The notes under the pieces were generated by a model that ran no database searches, was not told where the DNA came from, and saw only the letters and a list, made by a program, of their open reading frames with translations. DNA of 64,000 bases from the NCBI GenBank assembly GCA_963735035.1, contig CAVTJJ010000003.1, positions 768,001 to 832,000 on the forward strand, read 5' to 3'. Each line of letters starts with the position of its first letter. Position 1 is the stretch's first letter. The stretch is from an uncultured candidate division Zixibacteria bacterium. Its GTDB lineage: Bacteria > Zixibacteria > MSB-5A5 > GN15 > FEB-12. Positions 47,771 to 58,345 of the stretch are shown here, one piece after another. The translations under genes and the position numbers were made by a program.

Positions 47771-50380
47771 TTAGTTCTTAGGAGGCGTTTCGACTGTGGG
47801 GGTGAGCGGAACCATCAGAAAATCAACATTTTCCACCGGCTGACCACCCGCCATAGGCTTGATATCGAATTCAATCGATTCCGGCTGTGACTTGTACCCG
47901 CCGCGCGCCAACTGATCCGGATCGAGATAGGCCCGATAAGAACCAGGCAGCAGTCCCAAGTAATAGTAGGCGCCGTCGTTGAACGTAGTGATCTCGGTCA
48001 AAACGTCCTTGGAGATATTGAGCACCATGACTTTGATGGCCCCAACTCCGGCCTGACCCTGGCCGACCAGGCGCTTGACCGATCCACTGATTTCACTGGC
48101 CGCCACAATCGGCACTTCGATTTCAGTCACAACACTCGGATTCAGCGTCACTTTGTAGTTTTCGTTACTGGGTTTGAGGGTCGGATCATCCAGACTGTAC
48201 GGATCAATCTGCACCAGGTACTCATCGTACGGCCGCATGCGGTCATAATAGTAAGTCCGGTCGTCGCCGTGCGGCTCGCCCGACACGCCGGAAATCTTGG
48301 CTTTCAGCCCAGGGATGGTTTCCTCGTTCTTATCCTTTTGTCCGTTGAAATTCTCATCGAGGAACGGCCTGACTACCGCCGAACCGTATCCCACCGCTCG
48401 CCGGCGATCGAACAGGAAACGTGTCTTGTGCTGGTCAAATCGGATCGACCCCTGTTGGAGTTGCGACATGGCTACGCGACCTCCGGACACCTGCGTGCGC
48501 GACGAACAGTCCAGAAAACTGGTGAAGAAATGAAGGGTCACTAGAAAAGTGCTGTTTCTGGCTACCGGGTTATTCTCGTACGAAATCGACATTTGCGAAG
48601 AGCGCCAGAGCCTCTTTGCGAGCGAAACGCCGTACCTCGTGATCTCGCCGGTGCTGTGATCGTAATCGAATCGAAATTGGGGCCGGAAGAGACGATGAAA
48701 CTCAACCGATCCCATGATCTTGCTGGACAATGTGCTCGAAAGCTGCTCGCCGACCGAGCCCTTCTTCTGCTGCCACTGACCCACGTAGTTGAAGTGGAGC
48801 AGGCTTATATCGGAATTGAAGCCGAAAGTCATACTGGTCAGTGAGAAGAGTTTGTACTCGTCGTGGGCGACGTTATAGCGCAGACCCAGATACCGTCCGA
48901 ATAATCTTAGAGGACTGGAAAGTGACAACTGCCAGCGGAGTTTCTGCCCGATGGCGTTCGTGAAGACATTGTCCTCGTATGCTGAGATGTGAGCGCTGGC
49001 CGATATCACCGACGGCCACGCATAGTTGGCGTCAAATGACATATTGTTCGACGGCGAGACGTTGGCGGCGAAAGTCAGGTTGGTTGCCGGTTGAATCGTG
49101 GTCTCAATAGAGTAGATCGGCTTTTCGTTCTTTAACGGTGATAGCGGAACGTCCGCTTCCATGCCGGCCGTCAGCCGCGACAAGAGCCCGTAGTACACGC
49201 TAGTCTGGGAGAATGATCTTCCTTCATCCTCTCCCCGTCCAGCGCCGCCGGTTATTGCATACTCTACTTCACCTTTGGGAATCAGGTTGAACGGAATGCG
49301 ATAGTGCTGTTCCTCGACCTGTATTTCGCCGTTGGGACCGTACAATTTGACTTCTACGTTAGACGCGCCGTAGTAGACATCGACATTGAAATCATACTTG
49401 CCGGATGCGTCTACTTCCTGATAATCTACGAGGCGGTTGTCGACATAGAGTTCCGCTTCCCATCCGGGACCCGGCTGTCCGGTCAGACGAACGGTTTGGA
49501 AATATTTGCGTCGAACCTGCGGTCGATTCGTGACCGTCGCCCCGGTAACGCTTCGCGCCACCGGGCCGGTCATGCTTATTCGTCCCAGTGATCCCTGGGA
49601 AATATATTTGTTATTGTCGAAGCAATAGTGCCAGAGGTAATTCAGGCGGCTTTGGTCGAAACCGGTCCGGCTGCTACCTCCCGCCGTGACGGCTAGATCG
49701 CCACCAAGCACCATACTGCCCAGATCGAAATCGAAATACTGTGCGCCGCCTCCGACCGGAGCCGTGGACAATCGCCAGTCGAGCGCCCCGCCCGCGATAT
49801 AATCCTTGGAACGCGACATCATGAGAACGTCACGAAGGGCTGCCTGCTTCTCAACCAGTTGCGTACGCTCTTTGTGGCGCTTGAGCTTTTGGTAAGCCGG
49901 GAAAGCCTCGTCCAACGGCAAGAGCACCCGCAGCATCGAGAAGTCGAACTTCATGTACAGTCCGAACAACTCACCGTACAGATTGACTTTCAAGTAGAGA
50001 TCGCGACCGTCATAGTAGTAGTCCGAGTGCAATAGATCCCGTTCCACCCCGGGGGCTTTGACATGGAACCGGGTCAGGTCGATCAGGAATTTTTCATCTG
50101 TACTGGCCAAGTTACCGGAAATCCGCTCGTTGGGCAGATCCGGCTTAACATTCATATTCAGGAGCGCGAAAACTTCCAGCAACGGCACGTACACGGTTTC
50201 ACCGTCGTACTGCACGAAAATATCCTGCTTGAGCAATTGGGGGATTTCGAAGCCTACGACGATTTCCTCGCGCATCGGTTCCTGAGCGAATCCCGACCCA
50301 CACAGAATGAACCCCGTCAGCCCGGCGATCAAGAGCCGCCGACCACCGGAAGCCTTTATCTGTGTGACGTGACGATCCAT
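47771..50380 (-). CDS. Usher-like outer-membrane protein
   Basis: 869 aa with signal peptide; WEAELYVDNRL..Y.F.V.VYYG.SNVEVKLYGPNGE plug-like segment; beta-strand-rich; FLDENFNG and FNDGAYYYLGLLPG C-terminal Ig-like domains; next to chaperone and pilins. Confidence 0.75.
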   Translation of the reverse strand: MDRHVTQIKASGGRRLLIAGLTGFILCGSGFAQEPMREEIVVGFEIPQLLKQDIFVQYDGETVYVPLLEVFALLNMNVKPDLPNERISGNLASTDEKFLIDLTRFHVKAPGVERDLLHSDYYYDGRDLYLKVNLYGELFGLYMKFDFSMLRVLLPLDEAFPAYQKLKRHKERTQLVEKQAALRDVLMMSRSKDYIAGGALDWRLSTAPVGGGAQYFDFDLGSMVLGGDLAVTAGGSSRTGFDQSRLNYLWHYCFDNNKYISQGSLGRISMTGPVARSVTGATVTNRPQVRRKYFQTVRLTGQPGPGWEAELYVDNRLVDYQEVDASGKYDFNVDVYYGASNVEVKLYGPNGEIQVEEQHYRIPFNLIPKGEVEYAITGGAGRGEDEGRSFSQTSVYYGLLSRLTAGMEADVPLSPLKNEKPIYSIETTIQPATNLTFAANVSPSNNMSFDANYAWPSVISASAHISAYEDNVFTNAIGQKLRWQLSLSSPLRLFGRYLGLRYNVAHDEYKLFSLTSMTFGFNSDISLLHFNYVGQWQQKKGSVGEQLSSTLSSKIMGSVEFHRLFRPQFRFDYDHSTGEITRYGVSLAKRLWRSSQMSISYENNPVARNSTFLVTLHFFTSFLDCSSRTQVSGGRVAMSQLQQGSIRFDQHKTRFLFDRRRAVGYGSAVVRPFLDENFNGQKDKNEETIPGLKAKISGVSGEPHGDDRTYYYDRMRPYDEYLVQIDPYSLDDPTLKPSNENYKVTLNPSVVTEIEVPIVAASEISGSVKRLVGQGQAGVGAIKVMVLNISKDVLTEITTFNDGAYYYLGLLPGSYRAYLDPDQLARGGYKSQPESIEFDIKPMAGGQPVENVDFLMVPLTPTVETPPKN

Positions 50381-50413
50381 CGTCTGGTTCCTGTGCTCCG
50401 TCCGTTGTCCCGG

Positions 50414-51293
50414 CTATTCGACTGTCGCCGTGAAAGTCAGATCATTGCCATAAAGCATATCTGCCGAGGCGATATCAGTTCGCCCTTTTCCGGTGATTTC
50501 CATGTTCACTTTGAAGGGTTTGGCGAAATTTCCTTCAGGTATGGGTATGAGGACCCGGCGACGGAGCTCCCGATAGACGGCCAATTGCACTCCGCGTGCG
50601 GCCACTTCCTTGCCTTGAGCGTCTACCACATGACAATTCAGCATGCCGACATAGGAGGCATTGCCAACATTCTTGGTATCCACGACCACTTCCACCTGGC
50701 CATCGACAATCCGCGCCTGGGTCGGGCCCACTTCGAGGGAGCAGAAGACTTCCCCGCGTCGGTACTTGAGCATGATAGCGGTTTGCATGACCATGTTGAG
50801 CCGGGTGCTTATCTGGCCTTCACCACCTGCCTTGGGAACGTTGGGATCGGCCTCTTGCGATTTGATTACCACCCGCGCCCAATACTCACCATCGGCCAAT
50901 TCCCTGGGCGGGTTGGCCACAAATCTTATGACCTGAGAGGCGTTGGGCGGAAGGATCAATCGGCGCGGAAACGCCTTTACCCAATCCAGACAGGCGTTCG
51001 GGTCCGTGACGGCGGAATCCTGGAGTCGCACCGAGACATCGCCGAGGCTGTCATTGACAGGAATTCCGAAACTGAAGTAGACCGTTACTTCCTCGGGTTT
51101 GTCACCGATGTTCTGGATGGTTATGCGGCTGGTGCGGGCGGCGTCGGAGAGAAAGACCACCGTCGGTGCAACCAGCACGCCACCGAAGAGATTGGCGGCT
51201 AGAGAGCGCCAGGGCCACAAACAAGAAACCGCCGACACGTTTCCACGCGCCTGCGAAGTTCACCGCCGCATTGATTCTGACTGACTGCATCAT
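50414..51293 (-). CDS. PapD-like pilus chaperone; probable frameshift in the signal region near 51200
   Basis: VLVAPTVVFLS..ITIQNIG, WVKAFPRRLILPPNASQVIRF, DGEYWARVVI, KNVGNAS. Confidence 0.78.
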
Positions 51294-51334
51294 GTTCACT
51301 ATCCTATGTCCTGAAACTGAATCGTTTCTGTCCA

Positions 51335-51357
51335 GAACCGGCCGTCCTGGCCGGTTC
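51335..51357 (-). terminator. Stem-loop between major pilins and chaperone
   Basis: GAACCGGCC-GTCCT-GGCCGGTTC. Confidence 0.55.
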
Positions 51358-51411
51358 CAAACAGAACGTTATTTCATGACAGCCCTCGCTGTCAACAAAA
51401 CGGTGCGACGA

Positions 51412-51978
51412 CTATACCCCGGTGTAGGCCACCGTCAATATAATGTCGGCCTCGTAGTTTCCGGCCTTCTGATCTACCGACGGAGTCACTCCGCCGCCCA
51501 GATAGATGTTGGTGCCGCCGCTACCGACCGTCGTTGCGGTCGAGATGTTGTGCGGATCCTGGTCGGCCCAGCCATCGGTGGCTACAAACCCGGTCGGGTC
51601 AGCGCCGGCGGTGGTGTCGATGTTGCAGTCGGTCGTGCTGAATCCGATCACCATCCGGTCGTCGCCGTTACCTGACGCCGCATCGGTCGCGAGGTAGTCG
51701 GGCAACTGCATGTAGATGGCGATGTTGGCGTCCGGTTCTCCCACGATGAGGAACTCTCCAGCGGCAGCATCGGTCTTAGCGACCGATTTGGCCACACCCT
51801 GGTAGACGTTACCGAAGGCCAACGCGTTCGTCGCTGTTACGGTCAGCGCGATCACCAGCGTAGCCGTCGCCGAGCCGGTGGCCACGTCCTGTGCAGCCAC
51901 GTTCGCGCTCGTGAAGGCGACTAGAGCAGCCACAGTGATCAGCACACTCCGTAGCGTCGTCCTTGATTGTCTGCGCAT
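51412..51978 (-). CDS. Pilin-like subunit (DUF4402-like) 1
   Basis: Signal peptide, QDVATGSATAT.., LAFGNV, IYLGGGV.P..QKAGNYEADIILTVAY. Confidence 0.8.
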   Translation of the reverse strand: MRRQSRTTLRSVLITVAALVAFTSANVAAQDVATGSATATLVIALTVTATNALAFGNVYQGVAKSVAKTDAAAGEFLIVGEPDANIAIYMQLPDYLATDAASGNGDDRMVIGFSTTDCNIDTTAGADPTGFVATDGWADQDPHNISTATTVGSGGTNIYLGGGVTPSVDQKAGNYEADIILTVAYTGV

Positions 51979-52068
51979 TACTCTCTCCTTACTGTGCGGG
52001 AGAAACCGAGTTCTCCCTTCCTGTATGTTGGTATGCTCTGTGTATTTCTGTTGCATATTTGTCGATTA

Positions 52069-52647
52069 TCAACTGCCCGTATAGGCGACGGTCAGAATTA
52101 TGTCCGCCTCGTAGGTTCCGGCCTTCTGATCCACCGAAGGCTGTACCGTACCGCCCAGATAGATGTTTGTCCCGCCACTGCCCACGGTCGTGGCGTTGGT
52201 AATAGTGTGCGGGTCCTGGTCGCCCCAACCGTCGGTCGCCACAAACCCGGTCGGGTCTCCGGCTCCGGTGGTGTCCACGTTCGCATCGGTGGTGCTGAAC
52301 GAAATCACCATCCGGTCGTCGCCGCTTCCTGAGGCGGCGTCGGTCGCCAGATAGTCGGGCAACTGCAGGTAGACTGCGATGATGGCGTCCGGCTCACCGG
52401 TAATTGTAAATTCACCGGCAGTCGCGGCTGTCTTGGCGATCGTCTTGGGAACCCCCTGGTAGACGCTACCAAAGGCCAGCGGCGCCGTCGCGGTAACCGA
52501 GAGGACCGTCAACACCGTCGCGGTGGCCTGACCAACCGCCACGTCCTGCGAAGAGGCCGTTGTCGGGAGCAGCATCGCCGCCGCTATCAGACCGACTCCG
52601 ATTAGCCTCAGTCCCCTAAACATTCCCTGTTTAGTTTTCATACGCAT
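52069..52647 (-). CDS. Pilin-like subunit (DUF4402-like) 2
   Basis: Close paralog of 51412-51978; GTYEADIILTVAY. Confidence 0.8.
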   Translation of the reverse strand: MRMKTKQGMFRGLRLIGVGLIAAAMLLPTTASSQDVAVGQATATVLTVLSVTATAPLAFGSVYQGVPKTIAKTAATAGEFTITGEPDAIIAVYLQLPDYLATDAASGSGDDRMVISFSTTDANVDTTGAGDPTGFVATDGWGDQDPHTITNATTVGSGGTNIYLGGTVQPSVDQKAGTYEADIILTVAYTGS

Positions 52648-52918
52648 TGACCTCAATGTTCAGTCCGTAAACAGAATCCTTAACTGATTCGTGTTCTGCA
52701 TTTCGTATCTGTTTAATCGGTCACCAGTTCAGATTCTTTACAGGCCCGAACTAGTTTTTTTCGCAATCTGCAACGCTTACACACACCTTTTTGGCCTTCC
52801 TGGGGTAGGCGCACCCTATAGAATCGTTTCATCGGGGTATTAGACTGGAATGGGCAAAAATTGGCGCCGTGCCGCCATTACATAGAGAATAGAGAGGGGT
52901 TGATCGGGTGGATAAGGC

Positions 52919-52948
52919 AAAAAAATAGGAGGGTATAACCCTCCTAAC
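52919..52948 (-). terminator. Intrinsic terminator
   Basis: TAGGAGGGT-TAT-ACCCTCCTA followed by a T-run on the minus strand. Confidence 0.75.
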
Positions 52949-52970
52949 TTATTGCGGGACAATTTCGTGA

Positions 52971-53531
52971 CTAGGTGCCGGTGTAGGCGACATTACAGAT
53001 AATGTCACCGGAATAGGCCCCTGAGGTCTGATCGACCGATGGAACCACACGACCACCCAGGTAGATATTAGTTTGACCGCCCTGACCAACCACCAGGACG
53101 TTCGGCAGGTTGTTCGGGTCGACATCGACCCAGCCGTCGGCGAGTGTGACTGTAGACGGAGACAGACTCATAGTATCAATTGTGCAGTCGGTAGTGCGAA
53201 AAGCGATGGTCATACGATCCGACCCATCGGCCAAAGCAATGTACTGCGGTAAAGTCATATAAATAGAAATTCCGGCCGAGCCCGCTCCGCCTATGGCAAA
53301 AATGCCTGATAGGGCATCGTCAGTCTGATCCTGGATCTTCGCGATTCCCTGGTAGACATTCTGAAAATCAAGAGGTTGGACTGCAATCACGCTCAGGGCC
53401 GCCAGTACGTTCGCCAGGGCTTGCCCGGTCGCGACGTCTTGTCCCTGGACAGTACCTGACATGACTGCGATCAGAATGGTCGCCAACACGGCGATCCAGC
53501 GAACCGGCCTGGCATTTTGTCTCAATTCCAT
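52971..53531 (-). CDS. Pilin-like subunit (DUF4402-like) 3
   Basis: QDVATGQALANV, LDFQNV, IYLGGRV.P..QTSGAYSGDIICNVAY. Confidence 0.8.
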   Translation of the reverse strand: MELRQNARPVRWIAVLATILIAVMSGTVQGQDVATGQALANVLAALSVIAVQPLDFQNVYQGIAKIQDQTDDALSGIFAIGGAGSAGISIYMTLPQYIALADGSDRMTIAFRTTDCTIDTMSLSPSTVTLADGWVDVDPNNLPNVLVVGQGGQTNIYLGGRVVPSVDQTSGAYSGDIICNVAYTGT

Positions 53532-53709
53532 AGACTATTCCCTGACAATCTCTATTGTCCAGCTCACGATTGTTTAAGGCGAATACACTCGCGCCTGCTT
53601 GTATCATCGCCATACAGGCAGTCAAATAGCGTCTTCCGGCCTCAATTCGCCCCCTCGGACACGAACAATGATTGCGGCCTGCACAGGTGATTTCAGGCTG
53701 AAACGGTCT

Positions 53710-54210
53710 TCAATTCCCAGTATAGGTGACAGTCAACACGATAAGCTGAGTATAGGCGCCGTTAACCTGGTTTAGTCGAGGCACCACCGTGCCGCCGAGC
53801 CAGACGGTCATACCGTTCAATCCAAATCGGTAGGTGATAGTATGCCAGGGATTGAGGTCGTCATATCCCGGATTGCTCTGATCAGGCGTGGCCGAAGAGT
53901 CTAAGGCGCAGTCGGTCTGCTTGAAGATGAGCGGCATATTGAAGCCGGACTGGTTCATGTAAGTAGGCAGGGTAAAATCCAGCGTAACCTCGAACCCGGC
54001 TGTCCCCGTCACTTGAAATTCTGCGGCCGCGCCGGCATTGGCCTTATCGATGGTCTTGGGGATTCCCGGGAATACTTCGCCGAACACCAGATTATTGTTC
54101 ACCGTGATGCTTTGGGCTGAGACACCCGGCACTGACACTAATAGCAGGAGCAGCGTCGATGCGACGCCCCACAATAATCTTCCTGCTTGATGTGATCTGA
54201 GCGACATCAT
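53710..54210 (-). CDS. Pilin-like subunit (DUF4402-like) 4, lacking the N-terminal extension
   Basis: Mature start QSITVNNNLVFG; VWLGGTV.P..QVNGAYTQLIVLTVTY. Confidence 0.8.
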   Translation of the reverse strand: MMSLRSHQAGRLLWGVASTLLLLLVSVPGVSAQSITVNNNLVFGEVFPGIPKTIDKANAGAAAEFQVTGTAGFEVTLDFTLPTYMNQSGFNMPLIFKQTDCALDSSATPDQSNPGYDDLNPWHTITYRFGLNGMTVWLGGTVVPRLNQVNGAYTQLIVLTVTYTGN

Positions 54211-54283
54211 CAGCTAACCTAGACCGCCCCGAGCGGCAGGTCAATACTTAACTACGATCCGAGCTTGATCGGGGATTAGTTAG

Positions 54284-54706
54284 TCAATTATTGGTGAAGA
54301 TCAACGTCAGGGTCAGGGCGGTGGAATCCCCTTCGCAGGCGCGGGTAGTCTCACACAAATCCACCAGCGAGACCTGCGGATATATCTGCAATACATCCGG
54401 CTCGACCCGGACAATTTCAGATACCGAAGACGGGTTGTTGTCCTTGTCTGCTAGTGTCGGGTGCGACATCTGAATCAGAACGCCCTCCGCCCGAGGATAG
54501 TAAAGCCAATAGAGGTGACTTCCCGGGGTGATGTCGTCGTTGCGCGTTCCCCGTTCCACTACCGCATCAACCATTCCCAAGGATGCTTCGACATGGGCCA
54601 CAGCCTGAATTGAAGCCGACTTCTCGGCAGAGACCGAACCGGCCAAGCACAGGTTCGCGACGGCGATAACCAGTAATAGAAGAGAACGCTGTTTTCGATT
54701 CGACAT
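54284..54706 (-). CDS. Divergent secreted pilin-like protein
   Basis: Signal peptide, SASIQAVAHV N-terminus like the neighbours, C-terminal LTLTLIF strand. Confidence 0.6.
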   Translation of the reverse strand: MSNRKQRSLLLLVIAVANLCLAGSVSAEKSASIQAVAHVEASLGMVDAVVERGTRNDDITPGSHLYWLYYPRAEGVLIQMSHPTLADKDNNPSSVSEIVRVEPDVLQIYPQVSLVDLCETTRACEGDSTALTLTLIFTNN

Positions 54707-54905
54707 CTTCGTTCGGGTCAGAGTAATATCTACCTGAACAAGATAACAGCAATCCTCAGGATGTCAAGGCCGTAATCGCGTAACTATTTATAACACAGAT
54801 GATTAGACTATCAGCCGGCTTGAATTCCCAGATAGAAATAGAAAGCCGATCCACCCGAAAAATTCGAGGGACCTGCCTGATGAGATCGTCGTCAGTCGGT
54901 GGACG

Positions 54906-55439
54906 TCAGTTGCCCGTATATGCGACGCTCAAGACCACGTCTTCAGCGTAGTCACCGCCTGTCTGCGAGATTCGGGGCTGAACCATGCCACCGATCCAGA
55001 CCGACATTTGGCCGCCCGCTCCCAGACGTTCGGTGCCGAGACCGTTGGGATTGAGCACCCCGCTCGGCGCGAGCTGGCCACCGCCGGAGCCGTCGTCGAA
55101 TGACGCATCGATGTTGGAAAAATTGATCGGCAGGCCGTTGGTGCTGTCGCTAACTAGCAGCAATGAATCCGGCAGATCAAAATCGAGCGTAATCTCAGCG
55201 CCGACCGCACCCGTGATTTCCCATTCACCGGCAAAACCAGGTTCGGACTTGTCCACCAACTTGCTGATGCCGGGCGTTACGGTCCCGAACTGTAAGTTGT
55301 TGTTACCGGTGATCGAGAGACTCGACACCACTGTCGCAAGCGCCTGAATGGTAGCGCTTTCCTGAGCCTGGATCGCGGCTGGTCCGGTCAGCCCAAGCAG
55401 GCCGCCCATAACCAGAATCAATACCCTTTTGCGAAACAT
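54906..55439 (-). CDS. Pilin-like subunit (DUF4402-like) 5
   Basis: QESATIQALATV, LQFGTV, VWIGGMV.P..QTGGDYAEDVVLSVAY. Confidence 0.8.
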   Translation of the reverse strand: MFRKRVLILVMGGLLGLTGPAAIQAQESATIQALATVVSSLSITGNNNLQFGTVTPGISKLVDKSEPGFAGEWEITGAVGAEITLDFDLPDSLLLVSDSTNGLPINFSNIDASFDDGSGGGQLAPSGVLNPNGLGTERLGAGGQMSVWIGGMVQPRISQTGGDYAEDVVLSVAYTGN

Positions 55440-55759
55440 ATATATCCCTCTGAATTAGGGTCCTTCCTTCAACTGAAACAGTCCCAATGCAACTGGTCTG
55501 CCGGGCGAAAGACGCTGGTTAATTCATTGTGGGAGTTCAGATTAGGCTGATATGCCGAGAAGGGAAACTCTCCTCCAATGGGGGCGAAAGGCCATAGGTC
55601 GGGTGAGAGTCCGAAACACCTGGATTCTCTGGCGAGAACCGGGGGAATCGAGGTGCGATGGGTTTGGGGAGGTTAAGAACCGTAAATCGGGTGCCGACAA
55701 TTATGGAAAGAAGGGATGTGCAACAATTGCACACCCGGCGCCAAATTGGACTTTAGGCG

Positions 55760-57250
55760 ATGAATAGATCAAGACTTGTCGGTCTTTCAATTCCGGCGTC
55801 ACTGACGGCGGTTATTCTGATGCTGGGCCATCCGGCCACAGCACAGGATGTCGTCTGGTCAGAATACTACGGCGGAGAATATGCCGAGGAAGGGAACGCG
55901 GGGGTCCGTACTTACGACGGCGGCTACGCCGTGCTCGGATCGACTTACTCCTACGGCGCCGGCGATCACGACATCTACCTGCTTCGACTCGACTCTCTGG
56001 GCGATACCCTCTGGAGCCGGACTTACGGTGGTCCGGCCACCGAATACGGCTATGATATCAGACAGTTAAGCGACGCCGGGTTTATCGTGGTTGGATCTAC
56101 CCGATCATGGGGCGCGGGTGACGCTGATGTTTATCTGCTTCGATTGAATTTCATGGGCGGCGTGGTCTGGTCACGCACTTACGGCGGCGCCGGCAAAGAT
56201 GTCGGCCGCTCGGTTCAGGCGGTAACAGGCGGATTCATCATAGGCGGCGGAACCAGTTCCTTCGGCGCCGGATATGAAGATTTCTACCTGATCAAGACCA
56301 ACGAAAACGGCGATACCGTTTGGACCAGAGCCTACGGCGGTGCGGGTGGTGAATCAGCTTTCGGAGTGCATGAAACTCCCGACGGCGGTTATGTTCTCTG
56401 TGGCGCGACGGGGAGTTTCGGGGTCGGATACAGCAGCATGTATGTGGTCAAGACCAATTTCTATGGCGACACCCTCTGGACTAATACTTACGGTGGCAGT
56501 CGCGCCGACATGGGTTACGGTATTGATGTCGCCCTCGACGGCGGCCTCATCATGGTGGGGGCCACGGCTTCGTTCGGGGCCGGAGAATACGACGTTTACC
56601 TGGTGAAGACCGATCCCTACGGCGGTTTCGAATGGGATAAGACTTACGGCGGTCCACGAGCTGACCAGGGCTTTTCTGTACGACCGGTCGCCGACGGCGG
56701 TTATCTGATTGCCGGCACAACGGCCTCGTATGGCAAGGGACAATTCGACGGTTGGGCGCTTCGGACCGATCCAATCGGCACGGTTGTGTGGCAACGAACT
56801 TACGGCGGCGCGGCGTCGGACTACTTCTATTCTTCAGCCACCGACAACGGCGCCTGGGTACTGATTGGCCACACTTACTCGTACGGGTCGGGGGCTTCGG
56901 ACGTATTTATCAACAAGATCACCGCCGATGGGGCCACGTCGGTTGAAGACGATCCGACCTCAGTTCTCCCAGAAGAATTCACTCTGGAACAGAACTACCC
57001 CAATCCGTTCAATTCGAGTACGACAATCGCGTTCACTTTGCCGCAACGCGCCGATATCACCCTGACCGTTTACAACATTCTCGGACAATCCGTTCGGTCA
57101 TGGGCTCTCGGAATCCGGTCAGCCGGGCGAACATTATGTCGACTGGAACGGAATCGATGAGACCGGCCACGAAGTCGCATCCGGCATCTACCTCTACTCG
57201 CTGCGCGCCGGTACACAACGCCTGACGAAGAAGATGGTGCTGCTGAAGTA
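55760..57250 (+). CDS. Secreted beta-propeller repeat protein with C-terminal secretion/FlgD-like domain; frameshift near 57120
   Basis: About seven W.RTYGG..DGGY..G.T.S.G.G..D.YL repeats; LEQNYPNPFN; VASGIYLY..KKMVLLK in another frame ending 57250. Confidence 0.82.
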
Positions 57251-57320
57251 GACAGTTCCCCCAAGAAGAATCCGTGTGCTCCTTCCAATAAGTCAGACTG
57301 AGCTGATCAAAGTGTGACTT

Positions 57321-58304
57321 CTACAAACAATCCTTCAACATCAAGTTTTGCGGGCCGGTGATGAAGAGGTAATCGATCAGGGACGAGATGTCTCCGATAG
57401 TGATATCATCACAGGTTGGGTTGGCGCCGCCGGATTGGTTGATGTCCGCTTCGGCCGCACAGGGGATCAAATTGTCACATGAATATGAGATGAACTTTGC
57501 GTCGATCATCACGCTGATGTCTCCTATTGTCGGCTCGTCACCGTCAACCCCATTAGCATCACCCACGCGTCCGACACAGCACTTCTTCGTCCACCGGGCC
57601 ATGAGGGCTGCGACTTTGCTGCCGGATCTCGTGAATGTACCTCCAACGATTAGGCCGTCGTCAGACGGATAGAAAGTGTACACATTTCCATTTACTCCGG
57701 AGCCGAGTGATGACCAACTGAAGCCGTCCCAGGCGGCTAGGCAGTTTTCCGACGGGTCTCGACTGATTGTGAACGCACCGCCGGCTATTAGTTTCCCTTC
57801 GTATTCTGTCAACGCCCAAATCGTACCTCCCATCTCATCTTCCAGTGGTACCCAGGAGTTGCCGTTCCATTCAGCGGCCCGAGTCTCCGCGGGCTGGTCT
57901 TTGAGCCAAAGGTTCCCCCCCACCACTAGTTTGTCGCCGTAAGAAGTCACGGCGGTCGGCGCTGCCGTGTAATCAAGGCCGGACCCGAAGGCTGACCACG
58001 TAGAACCGTCCCAGGCCGCCACTATGCAAGCATCTGTGTTTCCTGCAACCGCCCTGAAGGTGCCTGCGGCGACGAGTCGGCCGTCGAAGACGGTCAGAGC
58101 CCGGACGCTCCCGTTGGGCCCGGGATCCAAAGGAATCCATCTCTCGCCACTCCATTGCGCCAGGAAGCTTCCGAACCCTCCCGCGCCGTACAATGTGTTA
58201 TCATAGACCGCCAACGCTGAGACGCTGCCTGTGGTCCCTGAGTCCATGTTATGTGTCCCTGTCCTTACCGCCGCTTCCCAGAGGAAAAGCGCTCCGGCCA
58301 ACAA
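57321..58304 (-). CDS. Beta-propeller repeat protein with dockerin-like C-terminus, apparently N-terminally truncated
   Basis: Repeats V.ALT.YDG.L..GG.F..A.WDG..WS.LGSG; CCVGRVGDANG..TIGDISVMID dockerin; no signal peptide. Confidence 0.65.
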   Translation of the reverse strand: MLAGALFLWEAAVRTGTHNMDSGTTGSVSALAVYDNTLYGAGGFGSFLAQWSGERWIPLDPGPNGSVRALTVFDGRLVAAGTFRAVAGNTDACIVAAWDGSTWSAFGSGLDYTAAPTAVTSYGDKLVVGGNLWLKDQPAETRAAEWNGNSWVPLEDEMGGTIWALTEYEGKLIAGGAFTISRDPSENCLAAWDGFSWSSLGSGVNGNVYTFYPSDDGLIVGGTFTRSGSKVAALMARWTKKCCVGRVGDANGVDGDEPTIGDISVMIDAKFISYSCDNLIPCAAEADINQSGGANPTCDDITIGDISSLIDYLFITGPQNLMLKDCL

Positions 58305-58345
58305 ACTACTTGCTTCTCCGACATATCGAGCATTACTAAGCGGTC

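Noticed and set aside
55555..55625. c-di-GMP-I riboswitch-like GGGAAAC..GGGGCGAAAGGCCATAGGTC
   Set aside because: Lacks the GNRA loop and the closing stem of the consensus; would need a covariance-model search
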